Assembly (NCBI GenBank): GCA_035084275.1
Contig: CM068744.1
Coordinates: forward strand, 84,382,001 to 84,446,000
Source: Hydrolagus colliei
Lineage: Eukaryota
Length of the DNA: 64,000 nt
Direction of reading: 5' to 3'
Shown here: positions 1-13,019 of the stretch, piece by piece
Layout of the letters: each line of letters begins with the position of its first letter
How positions within the stretch are numbered: position 1 is the stretch's first letter
Position numbers and translations under genes: made by a program
The notes under the pieces: generated by a model
The model's database searches: none
What the model saw: the letters and a program-made list of their open reading frames with translations, nothing else
What the model was told of the DNA's origin: nothing

Positions 1-79
1 ATATGTGGGCGAAATTGGAGGTTAATGCTGCCAGTGTCTGATTTGTGAAGGCGCTGGCGCAAACCAATCAAAAGGGCCT

Positions 80-737
80 CGGTAGACAAGGCTTTTAAAA
101 AAGCATACAGGATACTAGGCTTTATAAATAGGGGCATAGAGTACAAAAATCAGGAAGTTCTGACTAACCTCTATAAAACTTTGGTTGGGCCTCAGCTAGA
201 GTACTGTGTTCAATTCTGGTCACCACACTTCAGGAAGGATGTTAAGGCATTGGAAAGGGTGCAGAGGAGATTTACTAGGATGGTACCAGGAACGAGGGAC
301 TTCGGCTATGAGGAAAGGCTAGAGAGACTAGGTTTATTCTCATTGGAACAAAGAAGGGTACGAGGAGACCTAATAGAAGTTTTCAAGATTGTGAGGGGAT
401 TTGACAGAGTAAACAAGGAAAAATTGTCTCCATTGGTGGATATATCGGTGACTCATGTTCACAGATTTCAAATAGTTTCAAAAAGAAGCAGAGGGGAGGT
501 GAGGAGAAATGTTTTTACTCAGCGAGTTGTTCGAATCTGGAATGCATTGCCTTAAAAGGTGGTGGGGGCTGATTCGATAACAACTTTTAAAAGAGAGGCA
601 GACATTTATTTGGGGAGGACGGGTTTGCGCAGTTATAGGGAGAGAGCTGGAGAGTGGGATTAAATTGCTCTTTTTAAAGAGCTGCCACAGACTCGATGGG
701 CCGAATGGCCTCCTTTTGTGCCGTAAGATTCTATGAT
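80..737 (+). mobile_element. CR1-clade LINE, 5'-truncated 3' fragment (end of ORF2 plus 3' UTR)
   Basis: ORF 181-555 (LEYCVQFWSPHFRKDVKALERVQRRFTRM...RGDLIEVFKI...IWNALP) is the typical CR1 ORF2 C-terminus; tail ends GGGCCGAATGGCCTCC...TTCTATGA. Confidence 0.92.
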
Positions 738-914
738 TTTAAAAAATTGATGTGTTAACTACAGTTTGTGAATGAATCCAACACAGCTCAGCCATGCTCA
801 TAACAGGAAATCAATAGTTTAAAAAAGTTAAGGGAAATGGTGAGATGGCAATAAGGAACAGATGATCCGTAAGGAGGCAAAATAAAGCATTGAGAAGAAA
901 GGTGGAGTAGTAAT

Positions 915-1290
915 AGTCATAATCCTTACTATGGATATAGCTTCCTTCATGTTTGAAGGATATCTCAAACCACTTTGCAGTGTATACTTTTTTTTTAATG
1001 TGCGTGAATATGGCAGCCAGTTTGCATACAGCAATGTCCCACAAACAGCTATAAAGTGAATGACCAATTTTATATGAAGGATTGTTGGCCAACGCAACAA
1101 AATAAACTTCCTTCACTTTTCGAATAATGCTATAGTACCCTGAACATTCACCTGAACAGGAAAATTGGACCTTGATTTTAACAACTCATTTAAAGGATAG
1201 CACTTCCACTAATGCAGAGTCCCTAAAGCATTGGGTTGGAGTGTCAGATAGGCTATATGAGTTCCAAGTCCTGGAAGCCTTGAACTGTTA
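915..1290 (-). mobile_element. Old Deu-domain SINE (SacSINE1/AmnSINE-like), degenerate
   Basis: Motifs GCAGCCAGTTTGCATACAGCAATGTCCCACAAACAGC and CACCTGAACAGG...AACAACTCAT shared with copies at ~25270, ~33250, ~34920; family assigned from remembered consensus. Confidence 0.6.
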
Positions 1291-1601
1291 AAGTGAGTTC
1301 AGTGCTGGGCAGACAATGAATTAAACAATCAAACTTTTGGGGGAAGAAGAAAAGAAAAACTGAGAATTCGGGGCATTTGAAATAAAAACCAATATGTTGC
1401 AACGGCGAGTAACTAAACCTAGCACTGTCAAACTGCCTAAAACATCAACTCTTCTCGGGCAAATTTCAAATATTCCTTCACTTGAGTCCACCGGATAAAT
1501 GTATAGTGGAGTGTTTCAGGTAGACTGGGCTGAACAGTTGCCAATGTTTGTATGTTTATTGACAGAATCTTGAGTTGAATGTGACCTTACCTTGTTTGCA
1601 G

Positions 1602-1772
1602 GTGTCAGTGGTAACTGGATTGAGATTGCCTACGGAACCAGCTCTGGAGCAGTCCGTGTGATAGTACAGCACCCTGAGACAGTCGGCTCAGGCCCTCAGC
1701 TCTTCCAGACTTTCACGGTCCACCGGAGCCCAGTCACTAAAATCATGCTCTCTGAAAAATACCTGGTATCTG
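1602..1772 (+). CDS. KCTD3: KCTD3 coding exon ([56 protein letters not shown])
   Basis: Peptide matches the KCTD3/SHKBP1 WD40 region; ttgcag acceptor, gtacgt donor, 171 nt, phase 1-1. Confidence 0.95.
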
Positions 1773-1844
1773 GTACGTTGTTAGGTTTGTGTGTATTTCA
1801 GTGAGCAATACAATTTCTACATTGTTGGTAATTTGTTTACATCG

Positions 1845-2737
1845 GATTTTTTTAAGTCCAGCACCCTCGGGATCTGGCCAGTGCTGGTTAAAGTGCCTGC
1901 CGATATTCAGCAGAAAACCCAACAACAACAAAATTATAACTTTTTTTAAAAAAAGTAAATTTTTTGAAATATAGCATATTAATAATAGGCTAAATAATCA
2001 TTTATATGATTATAATATATAAATAATAATTAGTATCATTTTACAAGCAGCGACCATGCAATTCAGAGAGATTTTTAAACTAGTGCAAAAGTTACATGTC
2101 TGAATGACATTGTTCTCATTGGGGGCAGAAGAGAGGAAAGCAAACATGGTATTGAGAAAGCAGCCCCGCTATCACTATTCAGTTAACTTTCCTTCCAAAT
2201 GATCCAAGGATGGGCATTGAAAGCAAACGTTTCATTTCACTTTTAAAGTAGGATTTGTTTTTAACATCAGACTGGGGTAAGGGGAGGCGGTGAGTGTGTT
2301 TCTGATAAACACTGCAGCTTCCCAAGCTTAAAGGTATTTGTAAAATAAACCAGACTTGAGAAGTGTTGCAGGGGTTTGTGTTTTTTATTCTTTTATTAAA
2401 TTTATTGAAATAAAAGCTGAGGCTGTGATATGCCATGCTTTGCTTATGTGTGTGTGTTTTGCGGCTAAATTAATGAACTCGCCCTCACTCTCCCTCTTTC
2501 AAACCCGGAGAGTGTACCTCTGTACACTCTACAGAATGCTGTACCGGCAGCATTCTGAGCTAGCGCCACCATCAGGCACCTAGTAGCAGCATTCCAAAAT
2601 ACTGACGCAACACAAAACATCCCAAAAATGCATTTTTCTGGATAAATTCTGGTTTATCGAATGCGGACCTTTTTTTTGTGGTGCCGGTTATATGGAAGTT
2701 CGGTTGAACGGGTCACGGATAAACGGGCTTCCACTGT
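1845..2737. mobile_element. Tigger/pogo-like MITE family A, copy with eroded left TIR
   Basis: Right end GGATAAACGGGCTTCCACTG|TA; left CCAGCACCCTCGGGATCTGGCCAGTGCTGGTTAAAG is shared with 45224-45923 and 52311-53154. Confidence 0.7.
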
Positions 2738-2957
2738 AGTTCCATAGGCACTGGTGATTAAGTGATTAATCTTTTTAAGCCTAGACAGTGAACAGACAAC
2801 TGGAGGATATCGCATAAAACGCTAATAATATAAAGTAAAATGTTATGATGACTACCGAATTATCTAAAAAAAATCATAATTTCATTAAGATTTATTAGAC
2901 CTTGTAATGGTATCACAACGTTTTTGTCACCCTGTATTATGGCCTTGTATTTACATA

Positions 2958-3095
2958 TGCAGCAGGGCTCACTGGATAGCGATCAGGAATCGTGATTAAG
3001 TTCCCCCTAACCCCACAGAGCCCCTCTTTCTACCCCTGGGTATTGAAGTCAGTTTTGGTAGCTCTGGTGCCTGAGATTAACTATCTCAACCTGGC
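2958..3095 (-). mobile_element. LF-SINE-like fragment
   Basis: CAGCAGGGCTCACTGGATAGCGATCAGGA and CTGAGATTAACTATCTCA resemble the reverse complement of the LF-SINE core as I recall it. Confidence 0.6.
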
Positions 3096-3868
3096 AATCA
3101 AATCAACTCTGATATTTGGGTAAACCATTGAAAGACTACATTAGAATAACCTCCCAAATGGCAGACTTCAGATGGGAGCCAAACAAAACAGCCAGACTCT
3201 GCAGATGCTAACTATATTAATTAGAGCTCTATCGGGACCTGGGCGAGATCCACAAACAAAGTGGATCTCTGAGTACAATTTAACAGTCAGGTAGGGATTA
3301 GAGCAGTGGGGGAGGGGTCGGGGGAAAGAGAATAGGAAAATTGACTGTATATTTGTGGGTGAACTTTGAGGATGATTGGCACACTGATATGATAAATAAT
3401 GACATGACAGCAACTACATATGCAATGTTTGCAGTGTTTAGACACGGCAGCCGTTGTGTTGGTTTATTGTATTTAAATGACTTTTGCCAGTATATGTTGT
3501 ACAATGTTTAGTTTTGTTAGATTAAGATTCGATTTGATAGGATGGCTAATGGCAGAAGAATCCTTTATATGAAACACTTATCCGCTTAGACTGATGATTT
3601 TGTGACGATGGGCATTTGTCGTGGTGCTCAATCAGAATTCACCATTGCTGCTTTTCTTCCCTTGTCATGTCTCATCATTAACCTACTCCCTGCTTGTTGC
3701 CTTCGGGGTGAAATTTGAATACAGAGGATTTTAATCTTCCAAAGGAATGAGAATTAGAAACAACAGCGGAATATACAATATTGTTTTTTGTACTTTTTTA
3801 TTTAGATATTCAGTAAATGTAATGGTATACTGGGATTAATAGTAAGTAATCCTATTTTTGATCTGCAG

Positions 3869-4024
3869 TGTGCGCGGACAATAACCATGTGAGGACCTGG
3901 ACAGTGACACGTTTCAGAGGAATGATTTCCACACAGCCAGGCTCTACACCACTAGCTTCTTTTAAAATACTCTCACTGGAGGAAACTGAGAGTCATGGCA
4001 GTTATGCATCGGGGAATGACATTG
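3869..4024 (+). CDS. KCTD3: KCTD3 coding exon ([52 protein letters not shown])
   Basis: Hand-translated, not in ORF track; ctgcag acceptor, gtaaat donor, 156 nt, continues the frame. Confidence 0.95.
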
Positions 4025-4444
4025 GTAAATATTATTAGGATTCAAAATAATAGGTAAATTGTTTTCTTCTTAGAAGAAGAAGTAAATTGTTTTGAAAATA
4101 CAGGCACAATATAGCATTTTGCTTCCAAACTGAATCTTTCAAGTTCCAACATTTGATAATATTTTAACGTTACTATTCACAATTTCATTGTTAAAACTCT
4201 TGTCTGTTCACCTGGGGGTGAATCCAGTCAGGACCAATCGGATGAAATATGTTTTCCATTTTGATGATTCTAAGGCATCGTTAAGTTTAGGAAACTGAAT
4301 TAGTTCCCAATATGGATCCGTTATTTTCAGTCATAGATAAATGATTAAATACCAGACTTAAATGCCAAATAGCTTCTGTGCAATTGACTATGCATCCGCA
4401 GTAAAACAGTGAATATTCCATGTTCTTTGTTTTGTCACCTATAG

Positions 4445-4541
4445 GGCCATTTGGAGAGAGGGATGACCAGCAGGTTTTCATTCAGAAAGTTGTTCCAGTC
4501 ACGAGTAAGCTGTTTGTCCGCTTGTCCTCCACAGGGAAAAG
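4445..4541 (+). CDS. KCTD3: KCTD3 coding exon ([33 protein letters not shown])
   Basis: ctatag acceptor, gtaaaa donor, 97 nt, phase 1-2. Confidence 0.95.
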
Positions 4542-4666
4542 GTAAAACGTGGAACAAATCAACTGATCTACCGCATCCCATATTTTAAGGATCTATTTCT
4601 ATTGCAGTCATTGTGTAGTTGTGTTGCAACAGCAATCCTATTGCTGAACTTTTTTTTTATATTCAG

Positions 4667-4851
4667 GATTTGTGAGATCCAGGCCGTAGATTGCACAACC
4701 ATAAGTTCATTTACAGTGCGGGAATGTGAGGGATCCAGCCGGATGGGCTCACGGCCAAGACGCTATCTCTTCACCGGTCATGGAAATGGGAGCATTCAGA
4801 TGTGGGATCTAACCACAGCTATGGACATGGCAAACAAAGGAGAAGAGAAAG
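4667..4851 (+). CDS. KCTD3: KCTD3 coding exon ([61 protein letters not shown])
   Basis: T-rich tract plus ttcag acceptor, gtgagc donor, 185 nt; within ORF 4602-4862. Confidence 0.95.
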
Positions 4852-5354
4852 GTGAGCATTAAAATAAAACACCTCGGTGTGTTAAATGTTCTCTGCACTT
4901 TGCTGATGGTAGTGGGGGGTGGGTGGGGGGTAAATTAACCCATTAACACAGCCATACTGGTGTGTATCATAGACTTGCATACCATGGACTCTCCCCCCTC
5001 CCCCCCCCCCCCCCTCCCCAGAGCGTGTATGACTTTAAAGTCATATTAGCGGCAAGCCGATAATGCTCGCCCACATTGTCGCATAGGTAGTATTTCGCGT
5101 AGGTAGTATTTTGATTTGTCGCTAGTAGAGTCTAGGGCTTCGGCTTGCAGCTAGTAAAGTGGCGCGACTTTGAAATCGCGCTGTCGCTTCTTTCACCCGC
5201 CTGGCATCCTCCATTCAAAAAAGAATCACTGGATTGCAAACCTAACCAGCAAAGGTGAGAAGCGCAAGAGAGCAGCCCCAACAACAAACACCAACACAAC
5301 ATTCTGTCACTATCTGCCATTACTTAGTCTGATGTGTATGGTGTGTGTTAAAAT

Positions 5355-5462
5355 AACTTTTTTTGTAGTGGGTTTTCGGTCGCGGGCCGCCCAAATATCC
5401 GGCAGGCGCTTTAACCGGCATTGGCCAGGTCCCGCAGGTGCTGGATAAACAGGCTTCTACTG
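5355..5462. mobile_element. MITE family A terminal fragment
   Basis: GGCCAGGTCCCGCAGGTGCTGGATAAACAGGCTTCTACTG|TA matches the right end of 52311-53154. Confidence 0.7.
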
Positions 5463-5497
5463 TATGTGTTTGAATGTCGATTAAGGACAGGATTAAG

Positions 5498-5723
5498 AAT
5501 AATAATCCTTGCATTTGATATAGTGCTTTTCACATCTTCTAGAGTAGACGTCTCAAAGTGCTTCACAGTATACACTGAAATGTGAATTGACTGTATATTT
5601 GTGGGCTAAATGCAGCAGCCAATTCCTGTAATAGCCCACGGTTTTGGCCTGACCTGCCTGAATTCGAACACAGGTCTCACACGTGTATGGCAAGTGCTCT
5701 AACCACTGAGCTACAGGACTCCA
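5498..5723 (-). mobile_element. tRNA-derived SINE (main family), internally deleted
   Basis: AATAATCCTTGCATTTGATATAG tail and CTCTAACCACTGAGCTACAGGACTCCA head. Confidence 0.85.
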
Positions 5724-6149
5724 TTAAGCTTGGATGATGCTCGCTGTGGTTAAATAGCTCCAACCAACACTTACTTGTCCAGGCTCATTATTGTGTTGCA
5801 TATATTATGTGCAAACAAAATGATTTAAATGTTTGATTTAATTGCTGAAATGTATACGGTAGTTGTTTCTTTGCAATTGTAGCTGATGCCCCATAAATTA
5901 GTGCAGATGTGATGCTATGGAGGATATTGAACTAAGATTTGTGCAGAGAGAATGGTAGTTTGTGAAATATCATGTTTTGTTGCAGGAGTTCACGGCTACT
6001 TGGCAAAACTATGTTTCAAGAGATTTATTTTGAACAAATATTTGCAGATGATATCCTGCAGTCAGACACCCTGCACCATTAACAGGTGATTGCATGAAAC
6101 AGTTAATCAATGCCTGGTTCATAAACTAATCGATTCCGTTTTTGTGTAG

Positions 6150-6288
6150 ATATTGGAGGTCCCACTGAGGAAGAGCTGCTGAAGCTGTTGGATCAGTGTG
6201 ATCTGAGTACGTCCCGTTGTGTTACTCCTAATATCAGTCCAGCTGCCTCTCTCGTACAACATGCTAAACTGCGGGAGTCAAACTCAAG
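6150..6288 (+). CDS. KCTD3: KCTD3 coding exon ([46 protein letters not shown])
   Basis: gtgtag acceptor, gtaacg donor, 139 nt, phase 1-2. Confidence 0.93.
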
Positions 6289-7244
6289 GTAACGGTTTTC
6301 AAATAAACTTTAAAATATTTTTTCCCCCTTTTAACTACCGATTCTACCTGAGGCAGCATTCCATCCTGACAAAAGACAGACCCAGCGGGGAACATCTTTG
6401 TGTTGGGTTGAAATCTCTTGGAGACGTACTGAAATTCTTTCTTGGGTGTTTGTTTCTTTATCATCGCAAGCCCTTTTTGTAAGCCCGAGAGTGGGATGTT
6501 TTTCAATGTCACACTAATTGTCTCTATCCAAAGTTTTGTCACATGATGATTCCTTACAACGTTTTATTGAAAAGGCCATTTTTTAAATGGAAATAGTTAG
6601 TTAACAGCACAGATTAGACCCTGACTGTTTAATCGTACAACCTTACTTTTATATACATTGCTCCATGGTATGCCTGCATGTTACTTTTGTGTTTTTAGAT
6701 AGTAATAATAATCCTACATTTTCTACAGCCGGTTAGCGGGTGGTAGTTTGACGAGTTCAACGGAAGGTTATAGGACCTTCCTCACCTGCCCTTTCTCTGG
6801 GGTGGATTCAAAGTAGGCTTGTCAGATGTGAGAATAGTGATTAAGAACAGTGGGTCTCATTGCCTCGGTCCATTTTCAAGCAATGCTGGGGAGAAATTCC
6901 AGCTAATTCAAACAAAGGGGTTTGTGCTAGTCGTGCATTGACACTGTTCCACAGTTTCATGAGATACATGTTACAACCACACAGAACACAACTAGCAGCT
7001 CGTCTAAAGAGGGAGGGAAATTTAACCTTCAGAACTAGAGAGGGTGGTTTAAAAAGCTGTTTGCTGACAATGCCAGTAATGTGTAATTAATGGTGGTGTG
7101 GAATGGAATTGGCAGAATCTTCGTAACAGAAGTTAGTTATTTTACAACATATTTTGCTTGTGATGGTTGAACACTCACTGACTTAATTGTACTCATTAAA
7201 AAGTCATCTCTTGATTGTTTTCTTTATGTTTCTTTGTCCTGTAG

Positions 7245-7821
7245 TCTTCAGCTTCAGACCCAAGAGACTCCTCAGGAGACTGCAACATACGGCTCTGTGA
7301 GACCATACAGGGAGAGTCCACTGCTGGCGAGAGCAAGGAGGACAGAGAGCTTTCACACCTATCGTGATTTTCAGCCATTTACATTCTGTAAAAATGTCTT
7401 GGACAAGGGCAGTGCTGGCAATGAGAGTGACTCCTCAGCGCAGCTGGAGGCTGAACCAAAAGGAAAGAAGCTTGGAGCTACAGAGTGCAGCATTGTTGAT
7501 CGAAAGGGCCCGACAACAGACACGCGAGTGAGTAACAATCCGGACGGCATGTCGGAGAGCCAGAGAGCGGGCGACAGCCCGGCTGACCTCAAGAAAAAGG
7601 TACCAGATGAAGAAACTGATAAGGCTGAGAGCAAGAAGAAAAATACTTTTGAGGGAGGGTTTCTGAGCAGGAAGAAACCAGTTGCAGGGCAGCAGCAGTG
7701 GGCAGCATCACCTGAAGGAGGCAGCGAGACGCCCAGTGCTGCCTCGCTGTCACCAACTAAAGTAACCACCTCTCCTCGCCACAAGAAGTCCGAAACTCCA
7801 AGCCAGGAACACAGTGCGTGA
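7245..7821 (+). CDS. KCTD3: KCTD3 last coding exon to TGA (LQLQ...YGSVRPYRESPLLARARRTESFHTYRDFQ...SPRHKKSETPSQEHSA)
   Basis: Polypyrimidine tract plus ctgtag acceptor; KCTD3-type motif RESPLLARARRTESF; adjacency to USH2A supports KCTD3 over SHKBP1. Confidence 0.95.
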
Positions 7822-9458
7822 AGCGCCGTTACTACATTGAAACCGCTTTGATTTTTAGCCAAGAAGAGACAGACTAATTATTGAACACTACAGTATTCTC
7901 ACTTATGTTTTGTACACTATCACTTTTTTCATTTGAAGAAATACTACATTCTTATTTGTTTTCTCAGTATTACACGTTTGTATTTAAAGATTTGGGTTGG
8001 ATTATAGCTATATTTGTCCACACTAAGCACCAGCATATAAGTGATTGACACAAATTGCCCCTGCCACTACCCCCAAGTGGCTGAGTCGATGGAAGCTTGT
8101 TTTTAATTAACATCTATTTGTTTGACCAGATATGATCCTCTATATTTTTCATGGACTGTTCCTACAGGAAATGTTCATTGTTGAATTGAAGTGGTGCAAG
8201 CTATATTATTGTCTACGTGAACTTTCTTCTGCGTTGGTTCCAGGTGAATTCCTGCTAAGGTTTGTAAACCTTGGGAAATGATGCAATTGAAGTATGTACA
8301 GTATTTCTGTGAATTGTAAATGGCATTAGGAAGATGTGTTTTCGTAAGTTTCAAAATGCTCTATAAACATTTGTGCTTTGTTAAATACAGTACTTGCTAT
8401 TGCACCAATGATACACAACTTATAAATGGGAGTCAAATATGCTGTGGCATACGGCGTTGTACACAAGTAAACAGTTGCTGTGCATTGCCAACCCAACAGT
8501 CTATTGGAGGCTTGGATTTTAGACAGAACAAATCATCCTAGAGCCAGGTTTCTGGTTGGTAAATTGTGAAATCTGGCCAGGTTTGCTTTGAACAACTATT
8601 GCAAGTTTAGTGGTTCCTGTGTTTTGGGTGGGAAGTGAGGAAGCTGCCAAACAGATGACTGGAATCCCCTCCACACAACAGCTGAAATGCGTGCATCATC
8701 TTCAGTGATCCTGGGAGTGAGATTGAGATTGTTGTTCATGTTAATATCACTGAACTAGCTGCTCCTTTCAATGTTCTGCTCAGATTTTCACATTCCAGAA
8801 ATGTACAAAAGGAACTGGATGGGGTTTTTAGCCTCACCAAAACTAGGCATTGAGATGGTACACTTCAGACCTCTTTTAGACATCTCTTGTCTATCTTTGC
8901 AATATCCTCTTCCTTGCTATGTCAATGCTCTGCCTTTCACGTTGTGTCTAATCACAACCAAAATGGGAATTGCTTTCCCTAAGTGTCCATGACATCAGCA
9001 ATAGAAAGTGCCTGAGTTTGAAGCTCTTGATCCAATGCTCACTGCACGTCTTTAAGGCCTGTTGGGAGCATATACAGCTCACGGATTGTGATTCTATACC
9101 AGAGAGTTGCACAGCACTGTACAAAGAACTGAACCATCTGCTTTAAGTACCTCAACTCCTGATTTAACTGAAAACTGAGAAAGGGATGTTTATACATAAG
9201 CAGTAACTACGGTAACTAAAATATATCTGAGTCAATGGTGTAAAATTGGCTGCAGTTTTATAACTTGCACTCCACACTTTGTTCCTATTCAATTGAAAAA
9301 TTAAAAACATAGCTTGGTAAATGAACTGTGTGTGGACCTGTTAATCCTCAATATATGACTGCATTTTCTGATGTAAGATGAACTACACAAGATGAAATAG
9401 CCAGCCCTTAATTTCATTGGGTGGGAGGAAGGAATTCCTGGGAGACTTTGGTGCCAAT

Positions 9459-9833
9459 TGTGGAGACCTGTAGCTTAGTGGTTAGAGCACTCACATTGCA
9501 AGCAAGAGACTGGGTTCGATTCCTGGTAGGGCGAAATCTTGGGCATGTTTCCTTACTCCACATGCCTGATAACTACAACTTGGATTTATATCGCGCCCTC
9601 CAAGCCAGACGGCGTCTCAGAGCGCTTAAAGGCTTAATAATCCCTCAAGAAAGAAAAAAAAATACAATTGATCACTTCAATCCATGACTGTTTGTGAGAC
9701 ATTGCTATGCGCAATCGGCTGCTGCGTTTCACTCTCAAATATACAGTCAATTCACTTTACAGTATATTCTGTGAAGCGCTTTGAGACATCTAGAAGACTT
9801 GAAAAACGCTACATCAAATGCAAGGATTATTAC
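9459..9833 (+). mobile_element. tRNA-derived SINE (main family) with a nested antisense L2-type tail at 9573-9634
   Basis: A box TAGCTTAGTGG, B box GGTTCGATTCC, tail AATGCAAGGATTATT. Confidence 0.9.
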
Positions 9834-10213
9834 CATATTACATTTATGTCAGAAAGAGTAACCAATGCTTGCACGGATAGTAACTTTTTAAATTTAGACA
9901 ACTGCCCTCCTTTGCAATTAAAATACAATAATACTATCTCTTCCACTGATAGGACAATAATCCAAATTCACTTGAGGGGTACATCTCAAAGTGTGACACT
10001 GCATTTTTGCTGCAGTCAGCCAAGGGGAGGTGGAGGGGAAGAGGGTGGAGAACCTATTTCAACAACAACTTGTCAGATCACTGGAGTGCTTCACACCTTC
10101 GTTATCTGTTAAGTTTTGCTTAACATCCTGTTGAGCACATTCCACAATCTATTAGTGAGCTAATTGGCTGCCCCCTGGTCTAATCGTTGTCTACCCCTAA
10201 ATCCTGTCATTCC

Positions 10214-10575
10214 AACAACAACAGCAAAATTTCATTTATAGAGCGCCTTTCACGTCGGGAGGATGTCCCAAGGCACTGAACAGTCAGGTCAGTACCCGAA
10301 CAAGGGAGAGGGGCAGGGTAGGAGGGGAGGAGCAGGAGAGAGTTCGGAGGGGAGGGCAGCTGAAGGCACAATCAAAGAGGAGGGAGCAAAGCGAAGGGGC
10401 TGTGGGATGGAGTTCCAGGGTGGGGGCAGAGAGGCTGAAAGCCCGTCTGCCGATGGTAGGACGGGTCGGGCGGTGGACATGGAGGAGGCCGGAGCCCCCT
10501 GAATGGAGGGGGTGGGGAGGTTCATAGGGGGACAGCAGGTCAGAGAGGTGGATGGGGCAAGTCCATGAATGGCTC
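10214..10575 (-). mobile_element. L2-clade LINE 3' fragment
   Basis: ORF 10284-10577 has HLSDLLSPY...TIGRRAFSLSAPTL; (CAA)n tail. Confidence 0.88.
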
Positions 10576-12284
10576 ATAGCTCAGAATTAAAACTCTTGTA
10601 CCTCCCTGTCTTGGGAATGATACCACAAACAATTTTTATTTACATCTCTGTGCAAAGTTTTATTAAATATGCAAATGAACTCTGATGAACGATAATCACC
10701 TTAATACGATTGATATAACACAATACTCGCTTGGCAATGCTCTTATTCTCATTGTCGATTTAAACTTCACAAGTCTAAATATACAAAGGCATGATGCAAA
10801 AATATGACATTTACTCTCACAAAAATACATATACTGTACCTGGTGAATGATTATAAAACAAACCAATTTTGTTTGCAAGGATAATAACCATGCTGTTCAT
10901 ATTAGATACATCAGACATGTTTTTAAATAAGTTGTTGAATTTTCATAGACAAAACATTTTATTTTGAACAAAAGATACAATTATGTACTCGACATTGATC
11001 TCAGTTTGTGCATCAAACAGTCTTACCATCAGACTCCCTGGTCCCATTGTCATGTTTCCACTTTACTAAATTAACTGAAATGTGTCTGTCCAATATACCT
11101 TTCGTTCATTCTGAACCTAGCTGTGAAACACAGGCAGTATGGTACGAAGAGGTAGTTCATTTGTCAGGAAATCTAAATTGTAAAGTTTCAAAAGATAATA
11201 CTGTATGCTGCACATCAACTCAAAGTCTGTTTAAATCTAAGAAGTAAAACATTTGAGAATGCATTGGATCTAAATGCTATTTTCACCAATAATATCATTT
11301 CACATATCTCAAGTAAAGGCTGAATTTTAAATGGGAGTTAAACTGACTCAATGACATTCTGCCAGACACGTCATCGTGTTTATATATAACTAGTGGTACC
11401 ATTCAATATAGCCAGGAAATGAACAACAACAAATTTTCTTAGACAAATGTAAATACATTGAATGATATATTGAAGAGTATTTAATGTAATGCACAATAAC
11501 AAATGCCGCTAGTGAAAAAAAACAAAAGACAATGCATTCCTTGTTCTCGGTATCTAGGGAATTTAAATCCTTTCAAAGGTTGCCATTTCTTAATTAAATA
11601 CATGCAGTATCATGAATGAAATGTATCTTGACACATTCAGTCATTCTGTTGATCATATTCCTCCAGTTTTAAATTTCACTGGAAGCACAGGCAATCTGCC
11701 ATTGTGTGTGGTGACCTACAACAAAAGTATTTGCGTAGGTAAAAGACACTTTAGTTTGATTATGTGTGACTTTCAAAAGACAGGATTTGCAACACTTAAT
11801 TCTTCTGTAATGTTCAGAAATGTTCTCACTCGATTGAATTTCTGTTTGTATCTGCTCCCAGCCATCCCCTTCACATAGATTTAATGTGGCTACTCACTTG
11901 TAAAATACATAACTTTGGGGGTGGAGGGAGGCAACATGAAAAAAACTGGCAAGTTTGCTTCCCCTCTATAAATTGTTCTACTCTTGCATCTCTTCAATGT
12001 CAAGGCTAATGCATCCTCCTGTCCTCAATCAAACTTACACATGGTTCTAAACAGGCAGTAACCTTTTGGAACGGGCTCCTTTGGGAGTTAGTGGAAGTAG
12101 AAAATGTAATTTGTTTCAAGAACAAATTACTGTAGATGGATTTCTACTAGAAAATAATATCTCAGCGTACATAGTTTGGGACACGGCATGTCAAGCGATG
12201 GAAGAAGGCGAACTAGGTGGACCTTGGACTTCTTTTGTCCAGCAAATTCTTATGTTCTGATGCTCTCTGCATCACGATCTGATG

Positions 12285-12450
12285 TGGAAAGCCTGGCTGG
12301 TTCTCTCTTTCCTAACTGAAAGGTGCTGGGTCTGGACTGAAGCAATTCTAGTTGATTCTCTGTCTGAGATCAGCTAACTCAGACATGCCATTGGATTAAA
12401 GCATCAGGCCTTGCCGTCTGTGTGGCAGGTGTCCACTACTCGGGCACTGG
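12285..12450 (-). mobile_element. LF-SINE-like fragment
   Basis: CTGAGATCAGCTAACTCAG motif, preceded by CCTGGCTGGTTCTCTCTTTCCTAAC. Confidence 0.55.
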
Positions 12451-13019
12451 TGGAGTTGATACAAACCTGCCATAGATTAATAAATCCACAAAGTCTGCAA
12501 TAAGGTAGTGCAATGTAAATCTGGACTGAGTACATCTGTGCTCAGTGAGCTAGCACAGCTCTATTAACAGTAGTACAGGTATTTTAACAGACGAGGGACT
12601 CCATGCCACATATTGGATGGGTTTCCTGTGGTAAAACTGATATCATGTAACTAAACAGCAGCCTACAGGGAGTTTTGAAAACCCAGAGCTTTCATTATGA
12701 ATTATTTATACAGAATCTCGTGTCAGCTTGTTGCTGCTGTTCATATTGCTCGCTCATCAACATTGTTCTGATAGGCAGAGATGACCTGATTTTCCTTGTA
12801 AATCATTAACACCCCAAGAGTTTTCTCAGTTGCTAAGCTCATTGTTACACTCATGCGTGGAATACATTAAGGCAAAAAAAAGTTTCAACGCAGCTGTCAA
12901 AACTCTACAAAGAACCTGTAAGCACTCGAGCTTTGTAGGAGTCTGTCTCTTGGTCCTTAGAAGGCTTTCAAGTTTAAGAATGAAGGTGCGTGCCAATGTG
13001 CAGCTGTTTGTAAAAGCAA

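Noticed and set aside
7371-7862. 163-aa antisense ORF over the last KCTD3 exon
   Set aside because: Shadow ORF of a coding exon, with no recognisable motif
9421-10112. ORFs with recurring peptides (SIHFTVYSVKRFETS...KCKDYY)
   Set aside because: Translations of the non-coding SINE, recurring wherever the SINE occurs
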